DNA of 64,000 nucleotides from Candidatus Moranbacteria bacterium UBA2282 (GTDB lineage Bacteria; Patescibacteriota; Minisyncoccia; Moranbacterales; UBA2206): NCBI GenBank assembly GCA_002345745.1, contig DDWQ01000019.1, positions 83 to 64,082 of the forward strand, read 5' to 3'. Shown piece by piece: positions 57,470 to 64,000 of this stretch (position 1 is its first letter; each line of letters starts with the position of its first letter). The notes under the pieces were generated by a model. It saw only the letters and a program-made list of their open reading frames with translations, ran no database searches and was not told where the DNA came from. The position numbers and the translations under genes were made by a program.

Positions 57470-58369
57470 TTATTTTTTATCATCAGCAACAATAAATGCT
57501 GCGCTTATTTTCCAAACGCCTTTTTCTCTGAAGGCTGGGATGTTTTGCCGACGCGCAGCATTAAATATTGCTGGCGCTGATTTAGTTTGTTGTTTTGCAT
57601 ATTCAGATAATTTTATGATTGTTTCACCTTTCAAATATGCAATCCTTTTGTGCAATGATTCCATCAACGCAAGAGAAAGAACTTTTTCCATAAGTTTGGT
57701 GCTTTGACCATGTCGATATTCAGGAAAAGATTGATAATATTTTTGCTTTTCTTTGTCACGGATTATAATCATTGGGAATCCTGCTCGCAACAATTGATAA
57801 TTCATCAGCACACGCCCAATCCGACCATTGCCATCGCAAAAAGGATGGATAGTTTCAAAGTCTAAATGAAATTTAGCAATCTTATCTCCAAAGTATTTTT
57901 CCGAATCAGTTACATATTCTTCAAGAGTTGTTTCAATCATCGACTCAATTTTTTCTGGTGCTGGCGCAATATGTGTTCCAACTCTGACATATTCACCTAG
58001 CTTTCTAAATCGCCCAGCAAACTCATCGTTGATGCCACCAATAAGCATTTGGTGCAAAAGCAAAATTAGTTCCTTATCAATTTCCTTCTCCTTAGATTTG
58101 TCTCGAATATAATTGATTACTCTAAATAAATTTTTTGCTTCATATACTTCTCGCACATTTACATCGCGTGAAACTTCCATTTCCAAAAGAATTTTTTCCG
58201 TCTCTCTAAGCGTCAAGGTTGAATTTTCAATTGCATTGGAATTATAGACGCTTTCCGGAATTTCAGCCTCGTCGATCAAAACCAACAACGATTCCTTGCC
58301 TTTGCGTAGCTTATCATATTCTCGTTTAAGATCTTGAATACGCTTTTTAATGGGTTTTGTTATCGACAT
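57470..58369 (-). CDS. Fic family protein
   Basis: Canonical Fic motif HPFCDGNGRIGR. Confidence 0.85.
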   Translation of the reverse strand: MSITKPIKKRIQDLKREYDKLRKGKESLLVLIDEAEIPESVYNSNAIENSTLTLRETEKILLEMEVSRDVNVREVYEAKNLFRVINYIRDKSKEKEIDKELILLLHQMLIGGINDEFAGRFRKLGEYVRVGTHIAPAPEKIESMIETTLEEYVTDSEKYFGDKIAKFHLDFETIHPFCDGNGRIGRVLMNYQLLRAGFPMIIIRDKEKQKYYQSFPEYRHGQSTKLMEKVLSLALMESLHKRIAYLKGETIIKLSEYAKQQTKSAPAIFNAARRQNIPAFREKGVWKISAAFIVADDKK

Positions 58370-58399
58370 AAAGCTATTTTTTAGTGAATTTATACTATA

Positions 58400-58450
58400 A
58401 TTATATATTATTAATGCTTCTTTGTCAATATCTAGTGAATTTATGACTAT
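58400..58450 (-). promoter_or_regulatory. consensus promoter TTGACA-17-TATAAT flanked by two direct repeats (A)TAGT(C)ATAAATTCACTA
   Basis: rc(58423-58428)=TTGACA and rc(58400-58405)=TATAAT. The repeats lie at 58382-58398 and 58433-58450. Confidence 0.5.
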
Positions 58451-58490
58451 TTACACTAATATTAACGCTTTTTACCCGCATTGAGCAAAC

Positions 58491-58535
58491 AAAAACAGCC
58501 CCTTTTTGGGAGACTGTCTTCTGTCTGGCATGGGG
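58491..58535 (-). terminator. terminator-like hairpin module AAAACAGCCCC-TTTTT-GGGAGACTGT...CATG (paralog of a module at 63198-63234)
   Basis: On the minus strand, a hairpin ACAGUCUCCC/GGGGCUGU is followed by UUUUUG, about 90 nt after the HTH-Fic stop. Confidence 0.45.
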
Positions 58536-58619
58536 TAGTAAAGGATGTTAGAACTTTATTCGAGAAAAATAATCAGAATATCTATATTCCAAATCTTTCT
58601 ATTGCAGCAGCGGATTTGG

Positions 58620-59552
58620 TTAATTAATATTTTTTCTACCAATAATATCAAAGCCAACCATAATAGCTCCACAGATAAAATCTTCTAGCTGAGTATAATC
58701 TTCCTGCAACTGAGCCCTGCGCAGGCATGTGTAATACAGTCGCTTTCCCTCTTGTTTTATCGTCGCTGGTGCGATATTTTTTTTGAGTAGCATAGCCGCT
58801 AAAATTAATCTACCAATACGCCCATTGCCATCAGAGAATGGATGAATTTGCTCAAATCTGGCATGAATATTAGAAATATGTGCAACGCCATCTTTTTGTT
58901 TCTTATTTATGACTACCAGAATATCCTTCATTAAATCTGCAACTTTAAGATAATTTGCCGTGGGAACATTCGAACCAACGATACGCACGCCATGCCTGCG
59001 ATATAGCCCTGCATCATCCCTAATCCCATTCATCAAAATACTGTGTAATTTCAAGATTAATTCTTCATTAATTTTTTTTGCATTTTCTAGATAAGTAAAA
59101 AGGTATTGCAAAGCAGCCTGATGATTTTTAACTTCAAGTTGTTCAATAATGCTTTTATTAGGAATCGATTTGTTATTAAACATAATATCAGCTGTTTCAT
59201 CTTCAGATAGTGTTGAACCTTCAATTTTGTTAGAATTATATGTTAGTGACAATAAAAACTGATCATAAATATCTGGATTTTTCATAATTACCCCTAAAAT
59301 ATTTTTATATTTTTTTGATTCCTTTGTAATCATTTCTTTCTTGGCAGTTAAAAGAGTTTCTGGAATAATATTTTGACCAGTATATTCTCTATATAACTCA
59401 TCGATAATCGCCTCTTGTTTTTTTCTCGGAATTGACTTTTCGTTCCACCAGTTATTAAATGCTACAAAAGACACACCAATCTTGTTAGCGATTTCAGTCT
59501 GGGTCAAACCAGAGACATCTTGAATAATTTTCAGTTTGTCTTTAATATTCAT
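58620..59552 (-). CDS. Fic family protein with N-terminal XRE-type HTH
   Basis: N-terminus QTEIANKIGVSFVAFNNW (HTH) and Fic motif HPFSDGNGRIGR. Confidence 0.85.
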   Translation of the reverse strand: MNIKDKLKIIQDVSGLTQTEIANKIGVSFVAFNNWWNEKSIPRKKQEAIIDELYREYTGQNIIPETLLTAKKEMITKESKKYKNILGVIMKNPDIYDQFLLSLTYNSNKIEGSTLSEDETADIMFNNKSIPNKSIIEQLEVKNHQAALQYLFTYLENAKKINEELILKLHSILMNGIRDDAGLYRRHGVRIVGSNVPTANYLKVADLMKDILVVINKKQKDGVAHISNIHARFEQIHPFSDGNGRIGRLILAAMLLKKNIAPATIKQEGKRLYYTCLRRAQLQEDYTQLEDFICGAIMVGFDIIGRKNIN

Positions 59553-59558
59553 ACCATC

Positions 59559-59587
59559 ATATTAGCAAACTTTATAAAGTTTGTCAA
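59559..59587 (-). promoter_or_regulatory. promoter TTGACA-17-TAATAT whose spacer is an 18-bp perfect palindrome CAAACTTTATAAAGTTTG; apparently leaderless
   Basis: rc(59582-59587)=TTGACA and rc(59559-59564)=TAATAT. The palindrome is at 59566-59583 with a half-site copy at 59598-59612. The ATG lies 6 nt after the -10. Confidence 0.55.
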
Positions 59588-59625
59588 TATATTATTTCTT
59601 TATAAAGTTTGAATTGCGAAGATGC

Positions 59626-59919
59626 TCAAAAGTTAGAACCAAAAAAAAGAGACTCCATTTTCCATTCATCCCTGTGCTCGATTATCTTTCCAATTTCTCC
59701 AGTTACTGATATTTTGCAACCAATTTCCTCCATTGCTTCTCGCTCCAAAGCCTTGGCCAGATCCTCGCCTTCTTCCACTCCTCCGCCCGGCAATTTATAA
59801 TAATTATGATTAGCAACTTTCAATATAGTAATCTTATTATCATTATCAAAGACTACGGCACGCGCCGCTTTTCTAATCTTTATTTCTTCATTGCTTTCTG
59901 ATATATAAGGCGAAAACAA
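59626..59919 (-). CDS. small NUDIX hydrolase (possibly truncated)
   Basis: Nudix box GGGVEEGEDLAKALEREAMEEIG. Only 97 aa. Confidence 0.6.
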   Translation of the reverse strand: MFSPYISESNEEIKIRKAARAVVFDNDNKITILKVANHNYYKLPGGGVEEGEDLAKALEREAMEEIGCKISVTGEIGKIIEHRDEWKMESLFFGSNF

Positions 59920-59956
59920 TTGATTATTTTCAATAATTGCATAAAAAAATTATTTA

Positions 59957-60739
59957 TTATTTTAAAAAATATTTATCTATTAAAATTCCCAATACAATAA
60001 AAAATAATCCCCCAATAAACCATAGCAATGATTTTCTTATAAAATCATACCTAGAGCGGCAATCTTTTTCTTTTCTAGTCAAAATAAACACTAATCTTGG
60101 AAAAAAATATTTTAAAATAATACTAGTAACATAAAAAAACCACACTGATGTTAACAAATACTCCCAACCAAACAAAACGAAGTTGATATGCATCCAATGC
60201 TGGTATAAATAAGCCATTCCGAGAGCCAATCCAATACGTGCTAAGAAGTTCCAAGCATATTTTCCATACACTGGAATTAAGCCATCATCAAAAAGAAAGG
60301 CGTAACTGAATCTATATTTTTTCAAAAACTCATCTAATTTTTTCAAAAAACCAACATCCTCATTCTCCTGACCATCTTTGTATGTATAAACAACAGTCGG
60401 CAATAGATAACGCTTATAAAATGTTAAATACAAATCTTCACTTCCCCACAAAGTGACTTCGTCATTCTTATAAGCGAACGCTTCGATATTTTGGATATTT
60501 TCATAATCAATCTTTTCCACATAAAGCAAGACCTCATTTAACTCCTTTTTTTCAAACGAGCGCTTATTTGTTTTCAGTGTGTATAAAACTTTCTTAAAAT
60601 TTGATTTTAAGAAAGCATCTAAACTATTCAAGTAGTCTGAATCAAAACGAATTGATCTCGTAAGATATTCTGTTAGCTTTGTTTTATCTGCCATAATATC
60701 TTTCATTAATAAATAATTCAAAATGTTCACCGTTGCCAC
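59957..60739 (-). CDS. hypothetical membrane protein
   Basis: 260 aa with C-terminal TM helices and no recognisable motif. Confidence 0.3.
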   Translation of the reverse strand: MATVNILNYLLMKDIMADKTKLTEYLTRSIRFDSDYLNSLDAFLKSNFKKVLYTLKTNKRSFEKKELNEVLLYVEKIDYENIQNIEAFAYKNDEVTLWGSEDLYLTFYKRYLLPTVVYTYKDGQENEDVGFLKKLDEFLKKYRFSYAFLFDDGLIPVYGKYAWNFLARIGLALGMAYLYQHWMHINFVLFGWEYLLTSVWFFYVTSIILKYFFPRLVFILTRKEKDCRSRYDFIRKSLLWFIGGLFFIVLGILIDKYFLK

Positions 60740-61416
60740 AATTGATAATGATGTCCTCCATGATTATGACGATCTTGATAGATACCATTTTTTTCTGGAG
60801 CACCATTAAATATTTTTTCTTTAATTTCTATTGTCTGGTTAAATAAAACGAGTATCAATGATAGAACTGCAATTATTATCACCGCTTTCAATCCCCAAAA
60901 TCCCCACCTGTAATATCTAAAGTTCTTTTGATACCACTTTGCGTTTTTTGAATAAGCCTCATAGATAATTTCCCCTAGAAGTAATCCTTTCGGCAATATT
61001 CTGATTTTTTCTGGATACCCATTTGGATCAATTTCTGATGTATTTTTAGCAAAACCCTCTACATCCAGATTTCCTTTTATATAATTGATTTTGCCATTAT
61101 CTTTGTCTATATCTTCTTTTGATTCATCTAATTTACTTACATAATCAGCATTCACATAATCTTTTAGCATTCCGAATTCGTTACTTCCATTTTCACTATA
61201 TATTTCTAATATTCTAGCGGTAGTTATGCCCGTATATAAATGCCTATGCAATGGAGTAAATGCCCACAATAAAAATACCTTTTCATGTTTCCAATATTCC
61301 TTCTTTTGAGTTTCAAAAATAGAATTCGGAGACAAATAATCATGCCATAATTTAAGCTTTTCAAAGTATCTGAGTTTTATTGATGGTATGTTCATATTTT
61401 TAATTATTCCTCCCAA
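60727..61416 (-). CDS. hypothetical single-TM protein
   Basis: 229 aa with one TM (AVIIIAVLSLILVLF) and a His-rich C-terminus. Confidence 0.3.
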   Translation of the reverse strand: MGGIIKNMNIPSIKLRYFEKLKLWHDYLSPNSIFETQKKEYWKHEKVFLLWAFTPLHRHLYTGITTARILEIYSENGSNEFGMLKDYVNADYVSKLDESKEDIDKDNGKINYIKGNLDVEGFAKNTSEIDPNGYPEKIRILPKGLLLGEIIYEAYSKNAKWYQKNFRYYRWGFWGLKAVIIIAVLSLILVLFNQTIEIKEKIFNGAPEKNGIYQDRHNHGGHHYQLWQR

Positions 61417-61527
61417 AGCTTACCAATTACTTCATTGGTTTTTTGTTCGTAAATCTCAATCAGTTTTTTGTTTCCCTCCACAAGCATGCGCTCGGCTTCA
61501 ATTTTTTATCATCAATTTTCATATAAT

Positions 61528-61863
61528 TTAAAATAATTTACCGCCAATTTCTGCAAAGTCTTTATCGGGCGCAATTAAAATACATTTCCCATCTTTATCT
61601 GGCACTCCGAGCGTCAAAGATTCCGAAATAAATGGACCTATTTGTCGGGGTGGAAAATTTACCACACCTAAAACTAACTTACCGATCAGTTCGTCTTTTT
61701 TATAATGATCAACGATTTGAACTGATGATTTTTTGATACCAATTTCAGAGCCAAAATCAATAGTTATCTTGTATGCTGGCTTTCGGGCTTCTGGAAAATT
61801 TTGCACATCGATTATTTTTCCTGTTCTGATATCCAATTTTTGAAAGTCTTCTATTGTTGCCAT
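61528..61863 (-). CDS. CsaA/Trbp111-like tRNA-binding (Myf) domain protein
   Basis: LDIRTGKIIDV...K.SVQIV OB-fold tRNA-binding signature. The likely start is MATIEDF. Confidence 0.65.
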   Translation of the reverse strand: MATIEDFQKLDIRTGKIIDVQNFPEARKPAYKITIDFGSEIGIKKSSVQIVDHYKKDELIGKLVLGVVNFPPRQIGPFISESLTLGVPDKDGKCILIAPDKDFAEIGGKLF

Positions 61864-61864
61864 A

Positions 61865-62458
61865 TTATTGACTAAAATAATTATTCTCCACAAAATCAAT
61901 TGCCAACAAAGTATTCTTCTCAGTTACCAAACTTCTTGCCTCATCCAAACTTTTCCAATCTGCTTCGTGAAATTCTTCTAATAATTTAGCTTCTACTGGA
62001 TTAAAGTTATTTTTATCTACAGACACGAAACACCATAAGTCATAATGAAAATTACATGGCTGTTTTGTTGGATTATCAATTTCAGTTATTGTCAAAAAAG
62101 CTGGTGAGTTAAGTTCAAAATCATTACCATCCAATCCCCATTCCTCGCCAATTTCTCTCACCAAAGTTTCTTTAATTGTTTCACCGCTATCGATATGTCC
62201 GCCATTAAAAAGCCACAATCCTGATTTTTTATGATGACCGATAAAAAATTGTTTGGCATTCGGATCATAGGCTGCGAAATAGGCACAAAGATGGGATTTT
62301 GGATTTTCATCCTTTGTCAAAGTTCCTTGTTCAATTCTTTGCAGAAATTTTGACGCCATTTCATTGTTTGCGAAATGACTATTTAATAACTCCTCCAATT
62401 CTGATGCTATTTTTGATTTTTGCTCATTCATATTCATAATTTTATTTACTTTTTTCAA
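61865..62458 (-). CDS. NUDIX hydrolase
   Basis: Nudix box GGHIDSGETIKETLVREIGEEWG. Confidence 0.75.
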   Translation of the reverse strand: MKKVNKIMNMNEQKSKIASELEELLNSHFANNEMASKFLQRIEQGTLTKDENPKSHLCAYFAAYDPNAKQFFIGHHKKSGLWLFNGGHIDSGETIKETLVREIGEEWGLDGNDFELNSPAFLTITEIDNPTKQPCNFHYDLWCFVSVDKNNFNPVEAKLLEEFHEADWKSLDEARSLVTEKNTLLAIDFVENNYFSQ

Positions 62459-62999
62459 AAAAACTTTTTAATTCAGCAAAAGGCTTCAATTGCAAATATG
62501 TTTTTTTATCATCATCTTCATTCAAAGATGCTCGCGTCACATCATATCCTTCGGGAATAAATATTCTATCCCATCCAAAACCATTTTCACCAGCAGGAGT
62601 TTCTGCAATTCGCCCATTCAATTGCCCCTCAAATAATTCCAATTTATTTCCGTCATAATATCCAAAGACACATTTTGCAACTGCATTTCTTGTTTTTCCA
62701 TTAATCATTGAACAAATTGTTTCAAAGGGAATATGGTCAACAAAAAATCTAATGAATGGTCCTGGCAAACCATTCAAAGCCTCGAATTCCAGTGCAACAT
62801 CTTCAACAATAACTGGGCTTTTTATAATTTCAAAAGCTTGTCTAACTTTATGCTCGACAATTTCCTTCAAATCCATGGATTGAATCTCATCCAAATCAGC
62901 TTTTCTATGAGCTACGGGATGACCAAGATATTTTGCTAAATAATCAGCTTTCCCTTGATTTCCTGTTATGAAAGTAATTTCTTGCATATTATTTTGCAA
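62442..62999 (-). CDS. non-canonical purine NTP pyrophosphatase (RdgB/HAM1 family)
   Basis: ITFITGNQGK N-terminus, FEALNGLPG, GENGFGWDRIF. 185 aa. Confidence 0.8.
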   Translation of the reverse strand: MQNNMQEITFITGNQGKADYLAKYLGHPVAHRKADLDEIQSMDLKEIVEHKVRQAFEIIKSPVIVEDVALEFEALNGLPGPFIRFFVDHIPFETICSMINGKTRNAVAKCVFGYYDGNKLELFEGQLNGRIAETPAGENGFGWDRIFIPEGYDVTRASLNEDDDKKTYLQLKPFAELKSFFEKSK

Positions 63000-63197
63000 T
63001 TACATTTAGTTAAATTTCTTCCATACACCTTCTGAAATCACATTCATTATTTTTCTCTAATTTAAGGCTCTTTAATTACTTTTATGGTATCATTTAAGTA
63101 AGCTATTATCAAGCCTAACTATGAAAAATGCATAACAAGGACTGCATAACAAGGACGGTCCTCGACAAGTGCCACAAATTTTGCTTTAGCAGAAAGC

Positions 63198-63234
63198 AAA
63201 ACAGCCTCCATCAAGGAGACTGTTTCTGGTCATG
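63198..63234 (-). terminator. hairpin AAACAGCCTCC-ATCAA-GGAGACTGTTT with a T-run, directly 3' of tRNA-Trp
   Basis: On the minus strand the stem ACAGUCUCC/GGAGGCUGU is followed by UUUUGC. Confidence 0.5.
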
Positions 63235-63305
63235 CACGAGTGGAAGGAGTCGAACCCTCACTAAAGGTTTTGGAGACCTTCGTTCTACCGCTAAACTACA
63301 CCCGC
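63235..63305 (-). tRNA. tRNA-Trp (anticodon CCA)
   Basis: Minus strand: acceptor GCGGGTG/CACTCGT (7 bp, two G-U), U8, D-arm GTTT/GAAC, anticodon stem AAGGT/ACCTT, loop CTCCAAA, T-arm GAGGG-TTCGACT-CCTTC, discriminator G. CCA is not encoded. Confidence 0.85.
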
Positions 63306-63407
63306 ATGCCATGCCAAAAGCATGGAATTTCCAATTCTCAATTTCCAATTTCCAAACAAATTCCAATGATTAAATTTCCAAACATCTAGAAATTAGAAAT
63401 TCTAGTA

Positions 63408-63572
63408 TTATTTAGTCTCCTTATGAGTTGTGTGCGCTTTGCATTTCTTGCAATGTTTTTGCATTACGAGTTTTTCTTTCAATAGTTTCTTATTTCGAGT
63501 TGTGAAATAATTTACTGATGTGCAGACTTCGCACTTCAGTTTAACCATATTGTCACTATTTTTCTTTGCCAT
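63408..63572 (-). CDS. rpmG: 50S ribosomal protein L33
   Basis: 54 aa, below the ORF-track cutoff: MAKKNSDNMVKLKCEVCTSVNYFTTRNKKLLKEKLVMQKHCKKCKAHTTHKETK. It has the CxxC...CxxC zinc-ribbon and the L33 pattern NY.TT.NKK...L...K.C.KC..HT.HKE.K. Confidence 0.8.
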   Translation of the reverse strand: MAKKNSDNMVKLKCEVCTSVNYFTTRNKKLLKEKLVMQKHCKKCKAHTTHKETK

Positions 63573-63654
63573 AATATTTTTGTCCCGTTAAATTTCGCTG
63601 TATGCGAAATGATTAACTGAGATTATGTATTTACTTATTTATTAATTTCGCTTG

Positions 63655-63925
63655 AGCCGTTGTGCGGAATCGAACCGCAGACCTCATCCCTCATTTACAC
63701 CTTCATTTTTTAATTACCAATATGTATTGTGAAGGATTAGACTGTATATTGAGCATATCCATTATAGACTTAGCTCCCCTTGTCAGTCGTTCGGGCGTCC
63801 TATGAACGCCACGGTCTGAACCTCATACAGGCCTTTAACCGTAATTCGGGATTCGTCACTCAGTTTCCTGCGTGATGGGCAATAAATTTACCAAGGATGT
63901 GCTCTACCAACTGAGCTACAACGGC
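63655..63925 (-). tRNA. tRNA-Thr (anticodon GGT) interrupted by a ~198-nt group I-like intron in the anticodon loop
   Basis: 5' exon GCCGTTG-TA-GCTCAGTTGGTAGAGC-A-CATCC-TTGGT.., 3' exon ..GGATG-AGGTC-TGCGG-TTCGATT-CCGCA-CAACGGC-T. The acceptor stem is perfect. The intron ends in G and carries R-like (GGUUCAGACCGUGG) and S-like (AUAUACAGUCUAAUCC) elements plus CACGCAGGAAAC / GAAUCCCGAAU (P/Q-like). Confidence 0.7.
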
Positions 63926-64000
63926 AACATATTTACTAAAACATTCCTTAGTTTGGTGTTGTGATAATAAATATTAACAACTCCATATTTATTTTTCTCT

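Noticed and set aside
59626-59919. Calling the 97-aa NUDIX ORF a pseudogene.
   Set aside because: It is short but contains a complete Nudix box and an uninterrupted frame from a plausible start. Truncation cannot be established without homolog comparison.
431-63373. The many short + strand ORFs listed in the track inside long minus-strand genes (for example 431-700, 2986-3234, 14077-14298, 25630-25998, 31411-31974, 32203-32787, 51096-51602, 54764-55231).
   Set aside because: They lie antisense to well-supported genes with recognisable motifs, have biased low-complexity composition typical of AT-rich antisense frames, and have no independent motif support.
1-64000. CRISPR arrays, rRNA genes and prophage structural genes.
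   Set aside because: No regularly spaced direct repeats, no rRNA-like conserved blocks, and no capsid/terminase/integrase-like ORFs were seen.

Overview
The window looks like a segment of an AT-rich, small-genome bacterium, probably Patescibacteria/CPR-like. That assignment is inference from low GC, almost all genes on the minus strand, minimal metabolism, weak Shine-Dalgarno sites and many tiny intergenic spacers. From left to right it contains the following. (1) At 0.3-13.1 kb, a cell-surface polysaccharide locus: MurJ-type flippase, DUF4012-like and DUF2207-like proteins, three GT4 glycosyltransferases, a Wzz-like protein and a WbaP-type initiating sugar transferase, interrupted by a RhuM-family gene. 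(2) At 13.18-13.59 kb, an RNase P RNA (rnpB) that is absent from the ORF track. (3) At 13.7-19.4 kb, a translation block of valS, an unusual PheS fused to a PheT-type anticodon-binding domain, a stand-alone PheT-N-terminal tRNA-binding protein, and tyrS. (4) At 21-27.2 kb, a YknXYZ/MacAB-like ABC efflux operon split by a ~1.8 kb IS200/IS605-like (Y1/HuH, RAYT-type) element. The element is flanked by REP-like palindromes and carries an HExxH-motif protein. (5) rnhA, recJ, an orphan response regulator, ADP-forming acetyl-CoA synthetase and the glycolytic genes pfkB, gpmI, eno and pgk, plus a second RhuM gene fused to a Doc/Fic domain. (6) At 38.85-39.46 kb, an unexplained ~600-bp structured non-coding region. 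(7) mraY, a D,D-carboxypeptidase, scpAB, an MFS transporter, aspS, ispH, an ABC exporter, proS, proB, a HIT protein and a DEAD-box helicase, which is the only + strand gene. (8) A Fic/NUDIX/TspO accessory stretch with palindromic operators embedded in consensus promoters. (9) At the right end, tRNA-Trp, rpmG (54 aa, below the track threshold) and a tRNA-Thr interrupted by a ~198-nt group I-like intron. No CRISPR array or rRNA was seen.
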